Source: Bryobacterales bacterium (GTDB taxonomy: Bacteria > Acidobacteriota > Terriglobia > Bryobacterales > UBA6623). From it: a stretch of 64,000 bases of DNA. The stretch covers positions 1,152,001 through 1,216,000 of the forward strand of contig OY729428.2 in NCBI GenBank assembly GCA_963422375.2, in the 5' to 3' direction. Of the stretch, positions 1 to 9,045 are shown in pieces. Position 1 is the stretch's first letter, and the number at the start of each line of letters is the position of its first letter. Made by a program: the position numbers and the translations under genes. Under the pieces are notes generated by a model. That model was not told where the DNA came from, did not search any database, and worked only from the letters and a program-made list of their open reading frames with translations.

Positions 1-2
1 GG

Positions 3-1991
3 CTCGTCGAGCGCTTGCTCGCCTCGCCGCACTACGGCGAACGCTGGGGCCGGCACTGGCTGGATCTGGCTCGCTTCGCGGAGAGCGACGGATTCGAGCA
101 GGACGGCGCGCGGCCCAACGCCTGGCGCTACCGCGACTACGTCATCGAGTCGTTCAACGCGGACAAGCCCTACGACCGCTTCGTCCGGGAGCAGGTTGCC
201 GGCGACGAGCTGTGGCCGGACCGTTTCGACGCTCGCATCGCCACGGCCTTCAACCGCCACTACGCCGAGGAGGGCAACCAGAAGGACCTCCTGCTTGCCC
301 GCCAGGAGACGCTCCACGATGTCACCGCCGTCGTCGGTTCGACGTTCCTCGGCCTGACCTTCTCCTGCGCGCAGTGCCACGACCACAAGTTCGATCCGAT
401 CACGCAGAGGGACTACTACCGGCTCCAGGCGTTCTTCGCCAACGTCAAGCACGACGACCGGTTCCCGATCGCACCGCCGGACGAGCTCGCGGAGTACCGG
501 CGCAGCCTATCGGAATGGGAGGCGAAGACCGCGTCGGTCTGGGCGGAGATGGCCGACCTGCTGATGCCGTACCGCACGTACACTCCCGAGCAATTGCTCG
601 CGCGATACCCCGACTTTGTCATCGAGGCGATCGCGAAACGGCCCGGCGAGCGGACGGCAACGGAAGCATGGATGGCGAGCCTGCTTGCCACCAAGGACTG
701 CGGCACCTGTCCGTTGCGCCCGGCGCCCTACAGGGATCCGGCATTTCGCAGTGTCGTCAGGAAGCTCGAGGGCAGGGACAAGGACCGTTTCGAGGAGTTG
801 GAAGCACAGCTTGAAGAGTTCGCGCATCTCAAGCCTGCCGACATCAACCGCGGGTCCGGGATCGTCGATGTCAGCGCCCACGCCCCTCCCACCTACGTGC
901 TGGCGAACGGTCTCTACACGAGTCCCCGAGAAGAGGTGCAGCCGGGCTTCCTTTCGATCCTTGACCCCCGGCCTGCGGCGATTTCGCCGCCTGCAGGCGG
1001 ACGTTCGACCGGACGGCGCACGGCGCTCTCGGAATGGCTCGTGGATCCCTCCAATCCGCTGACGGCGCGAGTGATGGCCAACCGGATCTGGCACCATCAC
1101 TTCGGCCGGGGCATCGTCGCGACGCCCGGCGACTTCGGCCTGATGGGCGAGCGCCCGTCCCATCCCGATCTATTGGACTGGCTGGCGGACGAGTTCGTGC
1201 GGGCCGGGTGGAGCCTCAAGCACGTCCACCGCCTGATCATGCTGTCGAGCACCTATCGACAAGGTGCGGGGCCGGCGGCCAGCACGCTGCTCGCCACCCA
1301 AGGCGCGTCGGATGCTGATGCTGGAGTCCGCGCGGCGTCGAAGGTCGATCCCTTCAACAAGCTCCTGTGGCGGTTCCCGCCCCGCAGGCACGACGGCGAG
1401 GTCGTCCGGGACGCCGGCCTAGCCGTGGCAGGCTTGCTCAACCGCAGGGTCGGTGGCCCCAGCGTGTTTCCGCCGCTCCCGGAGGGCATGCCGAAGCCGC
1501 GCGGCGACTGGGGCGCCGACACGGCGCCGTCGCGTCATCGGCGGCGCAGCGTGTACGTATTCGTGCAGCGGAACTCGCCCTATCCGATGCTGGATGCGTT
1601 CGACTTTCCGGATACCCACGAGTCGTGCGCGGCGCGCAATCGCACGGTCACGGCCCCGCAGGCGCTGGCCTTGCTGAACGGCGAGGAGCCTGCCGCGTGG
1701 GCGCGTTCCTTCGCGGGACGGGTGTTGGGCTTGGCGGGAGGCAACCCATCCGATCAGGTCGCCGCCGCATACCGCATCGCGTACTCGCGCAGCCCGGACC
1801 CGGCCGAGAAGGACATGGCGATGACGTTCTTGGAGAGCCACTCCAAACTGCTCGCTGAGGATCGCGATCAGGACGGGGAAGCGTCCGTGCCCGACTCACT
1901 GCCCCCGGGCGTGAGCCGCGAGCGGGCGGCGGCGCTGGTAGACTTCTGCCTGACGCTGCTGAACTCGAACGAGTTCGCGTACGCCTTCTAG
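3..1991 (+). CDS. DUF1549/DUF1553 domain protein (planctomycete-type), 5' end lies outside the window
   Basis: Frame open from base 3; motifs HYGERWGRHWLDLARFAES, AWRYRDYVIESFNADKPYDRF, CAQCHDHKFDPITQRDYY, NPLTARVMANRIW, PSHPDLLDWLA, LLNSNEF. Confidence 0.93.
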   Translation, partial: LVERLLASPHYGERWGRHWLDLARFAESDGFEQDGARPNAWRYRDYVIESFNADKPYDRFVREQVAGDELWPDRFDARIATAFNRHYAEEGNQKDLLLARQETLHDVTAVVGSTFLGLTFSCAQCHDHKFDPITQRDYYRLQAFFANVKHDDRFPIAPPDELAEYRRSLSEWEAKTASVWAEMADLLMPYRTYTPEQLLARYPDFVIEAIAKRPGERTATEAWMASLLATKDCGTCPLRPAPYRDPAFRSVVRKLEGRDKDRFEELEAQLEEFAHLKPADINRGSGIVDVSAHAPPTYVLANGLYTSPREEVQPGFLSILDPRPAAISPPAGGRSTGRRTALSEWLVDPSNPLTARVMANRIWHHHFGRGIVATPGDFGLMGERPSHPDLLDWLADEFVRAGWSLKHVHRLIMLSSTYRQGAGPAASTLLATQGASDADAGVRAASKVDPFNKLLWRFPPRRHDGEVVRDAGLAVAGLLNRRVGGPSVFPPLPEGMPKPRGDWGADTAPSRHRRRSVYVFVQRNSPYPMLDAFDFPDTHESCAARNRTVTAPQALALLNGEEPAAWARSFAGRVLGLAGGNPSDQVAAAYRIAYSRSPDPAEKDMAMTFLESHSKLLAEDRDQDGEASVPDSLPPGVSRERAAALVDFCLTLLNSNEFAYAF

Positions 1992-1996
1992 AGAGC

Positions 1997-3472
1997 ATGC
2001 CCGTGCCGATGCCGAACCGCGCGCCTCGCCGCCAGGGCGCTGTCTCGCGTCGGGAGTTGCTCTCGCGCACGGGAAGCGGGCTGGGGAGCCTGGCACTCGC
2101 CCACCTGCTGTCGTCCACCGGCGCGCTGCCCCCGGCGAATGCCGCCCGGCGCAGCGGGTTGGAGCCGCGCGAGCCCCATCACGAGCCTCGCGCCAAGTCC
2201 GTGATCTGGCTCTTTATGGAGGGCGGGCCCAGTCACATCGACCTTTTCGACCCCAAGCCCGAACTCGAGCGGCTCGCCGGCCAAGTGACGCCGCCGTCGT
2301 TCAATCTGCCGGTGACCAGCGCCACGGGCTCGCATCGCATGCCGCTCGTGCCGTCGCGGAGGCAGTGGCGGCGGCACGGACAGAGCGGACTGTGGGTGTC
2401 GGATTGGTATCCCCACTTAGCCGAGCATGTCGACGATCTCGCGGTTATCAGGTCCTGCTGGTCCAACGGCGTCAACCACGTGGGCGCCAATCGTCAGATG
2501 AACACCGGCTCGATTCTCGCCGGACGGCCTTCTTTGGGCGCATGGACGACCTACGGCCTAGGCACGGCGAACGAGGATCTGCCCGCTTTCGTCGTCCTGA
2601 CGGACAGCAAGGTGGTGCGCGGCGGCCCGACCAACTGGGGTGCCGGATTCCTCCCGGCGACATTCCAGGGGACGCACTTCCGCCAGCAGGGACCTCCGAT
2701 CCTCGACCTGCGGCCGCCCGCCAACGTGACGGATCGCCAGCAGCGGAGCAGGCTCGATCTCCTGCAGTCCCTGAACCGGCATCATGCCGGTCGCTGGCCG
2801 TCCGACGACGAGCTCGACGCGAGGATCGAATCGTACGAGCTCGCCTACCGCATGCAGCAGACGGCGCCCGAGGCGGTGGATCTTGACGAGGAGAGCGAAG
2901 CGACCAAGCGCCTGTACGGCATGGACGAGGAGGAGTCGCGGAAGTTCGGCGCGAACTGCCTGCTAGCCAGGCGCCTTGTGGAGCGCGGCGTGCGGTTCGT
3001 CGAGGCCTATTGCGGCAGCGGCAGCGGCTGGGACGGGCATGCCAAGCTGGAAGAGAACCACACTAAGTGGTGCAAGGTCTCCGACCGACCTGTCGCGGGC
3101 CTTCTGGCCGACTTGAAAGGCCGCGGCCTGCTGGACACCACCTTGGTGGTTTGGGGCGGCGAATTCGGCCGCACTCCATTCACCGACACGAACTCCCTCT
3201 CGGTTCCGGCCGACAAGTATGGTCGCGACCACAACCCGTGGGGATTCACGATCTGGATGGCGGGGGCCGGCATCCGGGGAGGCCGCGCCATCGGCTCGAC
3301 CGACGAGATCGGCTTCCGGGCCGTGGACAAGCCGTACCATGTCCATGACATCCACGCCACGATCCTGCACCTCCTGGGTCTCAACCACTTGGACGTGACG
3401 TACTTGCACAACGGTCGCTCCGAGAGGTCCACGATCAACGGAGGACACCTAATCGAGGAAGTGCTGGCGTGA
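1997..3472 (+). CDS. DUF1501 domain protein, TAT-like leader
   Basis: SRRELL leader; VIWLFMEGGPSHIDLFDPKP, ARRLVERGVRFV, WDGH, GEFGRTP, GRDHNP; directly follows the DUF1553 gene as is typical. Confidence 0.93.
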   Translation: MPVPMPNRAPRRQGAVSRRELLSRTGSGLGSLALAHLLSSTGALPPANAARRSGLEPREPHHEPRAKSVIWLFMEGGPSHIDLFDPKPELERLAGQVTPPSFNLPVTSATGSHRMPLVPSRRQWRRHGQSGLWVSDWYPHLAEHVDDLAVIRSCWSNGVNHVGANRQMNTGSILAGRPSLGAWTTYGLGTANEDLPAFVVLTDSKVVRGGPTNWGAGFLPATFQGTHFRQQGPPILDLRPPANVTDRQQRSRLDLLQSLNRHHAGRWPSDDELDARIESYELAYRMQQTAPEAVDLDEESEATKRLYGMDEEESRKFGANCLLARRLVERGVRFVEAYCGSGSGWDGHAKLEENHTKWCKVSDRPVAGLLADLKGRGLLDTTLVVWGGEFGRTPFTDTNSLSVPADKYGRDHNPWGFTIWMAGAGIRGGRAIGSTDEIGFRAVDKPYHVHDIHATILHLLGLNHLDVTYLHNGRSERSTINGGHLIEEVLA

Positions 3473-3548
3473 GCGCGGACGGAAAGACCGCGACCTCGCG
3501 GCGTCCGTCGACCGGCCCGCTTGGAATCGCAGCAGCGGAAGCGGCGGC

Positions 3549-3881
3549 ATGACCACCTTCGATTTCTTCGTCCAACACGGATGCGTTCCCGAAGACGCCA
3601 GGCAGGAGATCGAATCCGCGCTTGCATCCGTTTGCAGCGACATCCTCGGCCCGGGTGCGACACCGGTCTCCGCCTCGTGGACGGTGATCGGGAAGGGATT
3701 CGGTTTCCGCGGCGGGAAGCCGTCCACGACGTCCCTTGTTCGCGGCCGGATCCCGGACGGCTGCGGCTCGGAAACGAGAGCCCGGTTTCTCCGCACCGTC
3801 GCGGAGGAGTGGTGCCGCATCACCGGCGCGGCGCAAGACGAAGTGATCGTGTCGGCCCGCGACTGGAGCTGGGCCGGCTGA
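3549..3881 (+). CDS. Putative tautomerase-superfamily (double beta-alpha-beta) protein lacking Pro-1
   Basis: 110 aa; pattern parallels the downstream cis-CaaD-like gene (GFGFRGGKPS, TRARFLRTVAEEWCRITG..EVIVS); starts Met-Thr. Confidence 0.55.
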   Translation: MTTFDFFVQHGCVPEDARQEIESALASVCSDILGPGATPVSASWTVIGKGFGFRGGKPSTTSLVRGRIPDGCGSETRARFLRTVAEEWCRITGAAQDEVIVSARDWSWAG

Positions 3882-3909
3882 TCCGAGCCAATGCGAGAGG
3901 AGCCCACCC

Positions 3910-4335
3910 ATGCCGTTCTATCGCTGCTTGATTCCCGAGGACTCGCTGACCTACGACCAGCGGGAGCGTATCGCCGTGGCGTTCACGGACGTTCACTGCG
4001 GACTCTCGGGCGCGCCGCGGAGCTTCGTGCAGGTCGCGTTCCTGGAGACGGACGGCTCTCGCGAGGTGGCCGACGCCTACGGCCAGGGCACGATGAAATT
4101 CAGCACGCCGTACTTCATTGCCGGCGGCAACCGAGCGGGACGCTCCCCGGACATGAAGAGCAGGATCCTCGAGGGGTTGCTGGGCCGGTTCGCCGAGATC
4201 GCGGGCATTTCCGGGGAGATGGTGTCCGGGCGCATTAGCGAGGCCCCTGCCTCATGGACGATGGAGGAGGGGAAGATCCTGCCCGATCCAGGGCAGGAAT
4301 CCGAGTGGTTCGCGCAGCATGCGCGCTCGGGGTAG
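3910..4335 (+). CDS. cis-3-chloroacrylic acid dehalogenase (cis-CaaD/Cg10062)-like tautomerase
   Basis: Met-Pro start, His at mature position 28, NRAGRS Arg pair, C-terminal MEEGKILPDPGQESEWF resembling cis-CaaD EYGRFLPQPGHEGEWF; GAGGAG SD upstream. Confidence 0.85.
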   Translation: MPFYRCLIPEDSLTYDQRERIAVAFTDVHCGLSGAPRSFVQVAFLETDGSREVADAYGQGTMKFSTPYFIAGGNRAGRSPDMKSRILEGLLGRFAEIAGISGEMVSGRISEAPASWTMEEGKILPDPGQESEWFAQHARSG

Positions 4336-4585
4336 CTGGCTCCAAAGTCCCTCCAATCGAGATCGTCCGCCGAATGGTGGCGATTTCCTCACTTCTAGGC
4401 GAAGACTTGGGTTGGGAGGCGGCTTGGCGTGCCGGCCTTTCGAGCGCTCATTTCGAAGTCCACTTCGGCGCTACCCTTGAGACTGTCCCGCCGGGCGAGG
4501 GCAACCTCCTATTGAAGCTGTAGGTGTACACTATCAAGCGTGCCCCATTGTCGGCTGTGGCGCTGATCGAATCGACCAACAAAGG

Positions 4586-5259
4586 TCACCGCATGGGAGA
4601 AGGAGATGCCTTGATGACGAGGTTGAAATGTGCAAGAGCGCTCGCTTTGATCTGTTCGCCAATCACTTCGGCGAACAATGGAGGAACTGCATTTCCGATT
4701 TGCATGCATACTTTGTCCATTCGATCCGTAGCAAACACATAATCTTGCGGAAACGTCTGGAGCAGGGCTGCTTCCCGAACAGAGATAGTCGTCCGTCCGC
4801 CGTCGGGGTGGCCGAAACGCCCCTTTGCTGGTGTTGTACAGCCGGCTGTGATGGTCGGTGACGCTTGGTCCCAGGACATTCGACCGTAGATATTCGTGAA
4901 GCCCACATAGTTTCCTTGATGGCAGGTGGGCCGAAGACTCTCATCAATGTCGCGCCAAGACCCGCCAGGGACAGCCGCACGCAGCCTTGCCTCGGTCTGC
5001 GGTTGAAGATCCCTGACAACATGCCAGCCGAATCGCTGAGGGCCCCCGCACTCCATCGCGCGCTTCATTTGCAACGGCATGCCTAGTCGAGGCAGCGCTT
5101 CTCGAACCGTTACCCAAGGGCGGAGACGTCTATCAGGTTTCGGATGTCGTGCATGGGTGATCGGTGGAAACGGAATAGCGAAGCCACGCCCAGCCATGAT
5201 CACAAGTCGTCTCCTTGACTGAGGGACTCCATAATCCGCCATTTGCAGCACCCTGCTAG
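4586..5259 (-). pseudogene. DNA (cytosine-5) methyltransferase, C-terminal half only
   Basis: Motifs VII-X present (ADYGVPQSRRR, SVREAALLQTFP, QIGNAVPP); motifs I, IV (PC) and VI (ENV) absent; cut at the terminal inverted repeat starting at 5260; lower GC than flanks. Confidence 0.88.
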
Positions 5260-5520
5260 TTAGTGCCCGTGACAAAACTCGTATCCCCTTGACAACAAAG
5301 GCGTTAGGCCCAATCTCTCAAGGCGAAGATTTCGCTGGAATGCTACGACTAATCCGAAATCCTGGCGATTCTGGGTAGAGCGCGGAAATCTTCGCGATTG
5401 GCGGCTGAGCAACTTCCGACCTTGGGCCCTATATGTTGTGTTTGGAGATCCATCCGACCTCAGGATGTAGTATGAAATGCTGATCAGGCCAGAATTCAGG
5501 GGTTTTGTCACAAGCACTAA
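5260..5520. mobile_element. MITE-like or internally deleted IS element with 19-bp terminal inverted repeats
   Basis: TTAGTGCCCGTGACAAAAC (5260-5278) versus reverse complement of GTTTTGTCACAAGCACTAA (5502-5520), 17/19 identical; flanked by CTAG and TTAG; no transposase ORF; AT-richer. Confidence 0.7.
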
Positions 5521-5709
5521 TTAGTGGGCTCGGTACTTGTGGGCAGCTCAGTCTCGGAGGATTCAGATAGGCGATGAAGATCGACGAGATTTCCCGCCCA
5601 CGCGACCAGAAACGGGATGCACGAGCCGGGAGAAAACTCTTGACGCTCTCTGTATCATACTAAGTGGCTGATAAGACTGCAGGAGGCTCGGGAGGCAGGC
5701 CTGCGAGCA

Positions 5710-8700
5710 ATGGGCCAATGGATGCGGATCTGGACGTCACTAGCGACGGCTGCGGCCATCGCCGGCCTGTGCCTGGCCGCCCAAGCGCAGGAGCCCCCAG
5801 TCGAACCAGCGAACCGCACCGAGCTTCTCGAGCGCTTCGCGCAGAGGTTCCGGGGCGAGATTTACCCGCTGCTGGCTCGAGACTCGAATGGCTGCAGGCT
5901 CTGCCACAACGCAGACACCGCCCGCGCGTTTCGAGTCCTCGCGTCCCCGGTGTCAACATTCAGCCTGCTGCTGGAACACGATCTCCTCGCGCCGGGCGAT
6001 CCGATGGCGATTCCGGGCCGGCTGGAGACGGAAGACAACGGGCTGCGAATGCCGCAGGCAGGCACCCTGGCCGCGACGGAAATCGATCTGATCCGGCGGT
6101 TCGCGTCCGAGCTCGACCAGTCACTGAGAGATCTCGATGCGACTGCCGGGCTGCGCCGAGACGAGCGTTTCCCGGACAGTCTCCTGCTCGGGTACGACGG
6201 AGAGGCCCGCGACGAGCAAGTGCGACGGCGGATGAGCTACTTCCAGTTGCAGCGGTCGTACGCAACTCTCTTCGGCGCGCAGTGGCTGGCCGGATCGGGC
6301 GCCGACCTGTTCCGTAACAAGGCGCATGCTTTGGGCGGGGCGGACTTCCGCAGCAGCTTCGACGTCGCGCGAACGGTGACCGCGAGCTACCTAGCAGCCG
6401 TCCAAGAGGTCGCTCGCAAGGCGGCTCGCCGGTTCGTGTCGGCGCCGCGAGAAGCACTCTTCGAGGGTTTCGACCCCGACACGGTCGTCGACACCAACCC
6501 GAGGGCCGCCAGACAGAACGTACGCACCCTGTACAGGCGCATCCTGTTCGCCGACCCGGATAGGGACGAGGTGGACAGGGCGTTGCGGCTGGTGCGGGAA
6601 CTGCAGGCCATGCGCGAGTCGGGGCGAACGGTTCGCTTCGCGATGAGCGTCACGGACACGGACGGACGCCGCGACCGCAAGGAGGTCGACGTCAGGCTGC
6701 GCGCGTCGAGGGCGTCCGTGTCGCGGCACCTGCTGGACCAGACCCGGGTCCCGCAGGGCGATCCGTGGGTGCGCGTCGGCAGCGCGCCGTTCCGGTTCGA
6801 AGCGGGGAATCCGGACCACTTCGTGCGGCTCGTGGCGCGGCCCGGCAACCACGTCACCGCGTTCGACGCGGTCAAGCTGGCGCGAGTCCGCGACGGCGCG
6901 GAGGCAGGCGAAGCGGTCGTGCTGGACAATCTCGACCCGGAATGCACGGTTTCCGGCAGCTGGGAGCCCGTGTCGCGGGACGGCGAGCGGAGCCGCGCCG
7001 GGGATCCCAAGAAGAAGTACGACCTGGACCTGCACGTCGTCGGGAGCAATCATCTCGAGCGGCGCAGCTTGGAGAACCGGCTGGGCTGGGTCACCGTCGC
7101 GCTGCGCATCCCGGAGGACGGCGACTACAACGTCTACCTGAGCTGGCCGGGAATCCCTCGAGCCGCCGAGGCCGCGCTCGTGGAAGTGCATGCCGCGACA
7201 GGCTCCGCCCGCCCCGTGATCGAACGCAGCGCGAGGGAGCCCGGATTCGCGACTGCCTACCTCGACCAGACCGAGAGCACCCTAGACGCCGCGGGCGAGA
7301 CGCAGTGGCAGCTCGTGCATCGCGAGGTGCTGCTCGGGGGCCCCGCCGACTTCGTTCAAGTCAGCAACCGAGGCGTGGACTCGGCCGAGAGAGTCATCGT
7401 GGCCGACGCCGTCAAGTTCGTGTCGCTCGAGGACGGCACCGAGGTGATCATTGACAACTCCTCGGAGGAGGGCTTCGAGGCGTCCCCGGGCTGGGCCCCC
7501 GACCAGTTGGTCCGCAACCTGCCGGGACGAGGCAAGATGTTCGGCGAAGATGTCCTGCACTACCCGCCGTCCGAGAGCGGCGAGCCGCGCGAGGACGTCG
7601 AAATCGACCCGGGCCTCGGCGTGTGGGCCAGGTACCGGCCCGTTGCGGACGGCAAGTACCGCCCAGGCTGGTACAGCGTCCATGCGTGGACGCCGGGCGG
7701 GCACACCCATGCCGACAGGGTTCCCATCGACATCAGGGGGAGCGCATTCGCGCCGGTAGGCTTCGTCGAGGCCCCGCCGAATTTCAATGTCGGCGAGACT
7801 GCCTTGCTGAACGCCAGCGAAACCTACCACCCGGCGGGCCAGCCGCTCGCGTACCGCTGGAGCCACAACGCAAGCGACCTCGGGCTTCGGATCGAAGGCG
7901 GCTCCACGCCGACCCCTCGATTCCATGTCCCTTCGCTCGACTCGCCGCGCCCGGGCTGGGCCGGCCTGATCGAAGCCCTGCTGCAGCGCCCGGAGTTCCT
8001 GATGCCCGGCGACGGCCGGGAGGAGCGCCCGTCCGCCAAGCTGGCCCGCGTCGCGCTCGACCTGGCGGGCCGGATCCCCACGCCGGCGGAAGCGCGCCGC
8101 TTCGAGCGCGACGGGCGCCTCGAGCCCATGATTGACGGCTACCTGGCCTCCGACGACTTCAGGGACTTCTTCTTCCACCGAGCCCGCGCGCACTTCCGTT
8201 CTCGCGGCACTGAGGAGAGCGACGAGCCGGCGCGCCTGTGGACCTATATCGCGACGAGCGACCTGTCGTACCGGGAGCTATTCACCGCCAACTACACGGT
8301 CGACTCGGACTGGCAAAGGGTCGACCGCCGACCCGTCCACGGGCCGACCGGATTCCTCACCATGAAAGGCTACATGGCCGGCAAGCCCGGCCTGCCGCGG
8401 TACACGTACCCCGCGCAAGTCCTCACGTTCGCTCTCGGGGTGCAGTTCGAAGTCTCCGACGCGGTCGAGGACGCCCGCGACCAAGTGGCGAGCACGACCG
8501 ACCCGGCCAGCGTGTGCTACTCGTGCCACCGCCTGCTGACCCCGCTCGCGTTCCAGAGGGAGCGCTGGGACGCGCACGGACACTACCGCGAAGTCGACGC
8601 CGAGCACCGGCCGATCGACGACAGCGACCGGGGCGTCGTGCCCGACTACCCGTTCAAGGGCACCGGGCTGGCCGCCTTCGCGTCGCAGGTGGTGCGCAAG

Positions 8701-8892
8701 GAGAGATTCGTGCGGGCGTTCGTCAACCTGCACCACGACATGCTGTTCCACCGCCCGCTGCGCCTCTACGAGGACCAGAGGGACGACTACCGGGAGCTGT
8801 TCGACTTCTCGATGGCGAGCGACCTGCGGATCCGCCCGTTGCTGAAGAAGCTGATTCTCATGCGTTACGGCGCGGCGTCCGGAGAGACCTAG
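5710..8892 (+). CDS. Large secreted protein: planctomycete cytochrome c-like domain, DUF1587/1595/1549/1588/1585-like helical modules, inserted PKD-like and golvesin-like domains
   Basis: Signal peptide (…LAAQA); CRLCH and RMP; RRMSYFQLQRSYATLFG; AFDAVKL and VADAVKF; ALLQRPEFL; ARVALDLAGRIPT; CYSCH..LTPLAF..ERWD. Confidence 0.75.
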   Translation: MGQWMRIWTSLATAAAIAGLCLAAQAQEPPVEPANRTELLERFAQRFRGEIYPLLARDSNGCRLCHNADTARAFRVLASPVSTFSLLLEHDLLAPGDPMAIPGRLETEDNGLRMPQAGTLAATEIDLIRRFASELDQSLRDLDATAGLRRDERFPDSLLLGYDGEARDEQVRRRMSYFQLQRSYATLFGAQWLAGSGADLFRNKAHALGGADFRSSFDVARTVTASYLAAVQEVARKAARRFVSAPREALFEGFDPDTVVDTNPRAARQNVRTLYRRILFADPDRDEVDRALRLVRELQAMRESGRTVRFAMSVTDTDGRRDRKEVDVRLRASRASVSRHLLDQTRVPQGDPWVRVGSAPFRFEAGNPDHFVRLVARPGNHVTAFDAVKLARVRDGAEAGEAVVLDNLDPECTVSGSWEPVSRDGERSRAGDPKKKYDLDLHVVGSNHLERRSLENRLGWVTVALRIPEDGDYNVYLSWPGIPRAAEAALVEVHAATGSARPVIERSAREPGFATAYLDQTESTLDAAGETQWQLVHREVLLGGPADFVQVSNRGVDSAERVIVADAVKFVSLEDGTEVIIDNSSEEGFEASPGWAPDQLVRNLPGRGKMFGEDVLHYPPSESGEPREDVEIDPGLGVWARYRPVADGKYRPGWYSVHAWTPGGHTHADRVPIDIRGSAFAPVGFVEAPPNFNVGETALLNASETYHPAGQPLAYRWSHNASDLGLRIEGGSTPTPRFHVPSLDSPRPGWAGLIEALLQRPEFLMPGDGREERPSAKLARVALDLAGRIPTPAEARRFERDGRLEPMIDGYLASDDFRDFFFHRARAHFRSRGTEESDEPARLWTYIATSDLSYRELFTANYTVDSDWQRVDRRPVHGPTGFLTMKGYMAGKPGLPRYTYPAQVLTFALGVQFEVSDAVEDARDQVASTTDPASVCYSCHRLLTPLAFQRERWDAHGHYREVDAEHRPIDDSDRGVVPDYPFKGTGLAAFASQVVRKERFVRAFVNLHHDMLFHRPLRLYEDQRDDYRELFDFSMASDLRIRPLLKKLILMRYGAASGET

Positions 8893-9045
8893 CCCCGGAC
8901 CGGCAGCGCACCGAGCGCCGTCGACCGCTCGGTTGGCGATCCGACGCAACGATTCCGCCCGCTCCGAGCAGATTCCGAGCCGTGGCCGCCCCCGCCGGAC
9001 CTATAATCGGACGGACGGGACGGTGGGCCGCACGCCGAGACAGCT

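Noticed and set aside
5425..5441. NrdR-box-like sequence (CCTATATGTTGTG)
   Set aside because: Lies inside the MITE-like element and no ribonucleotide reductase gene is nearby.
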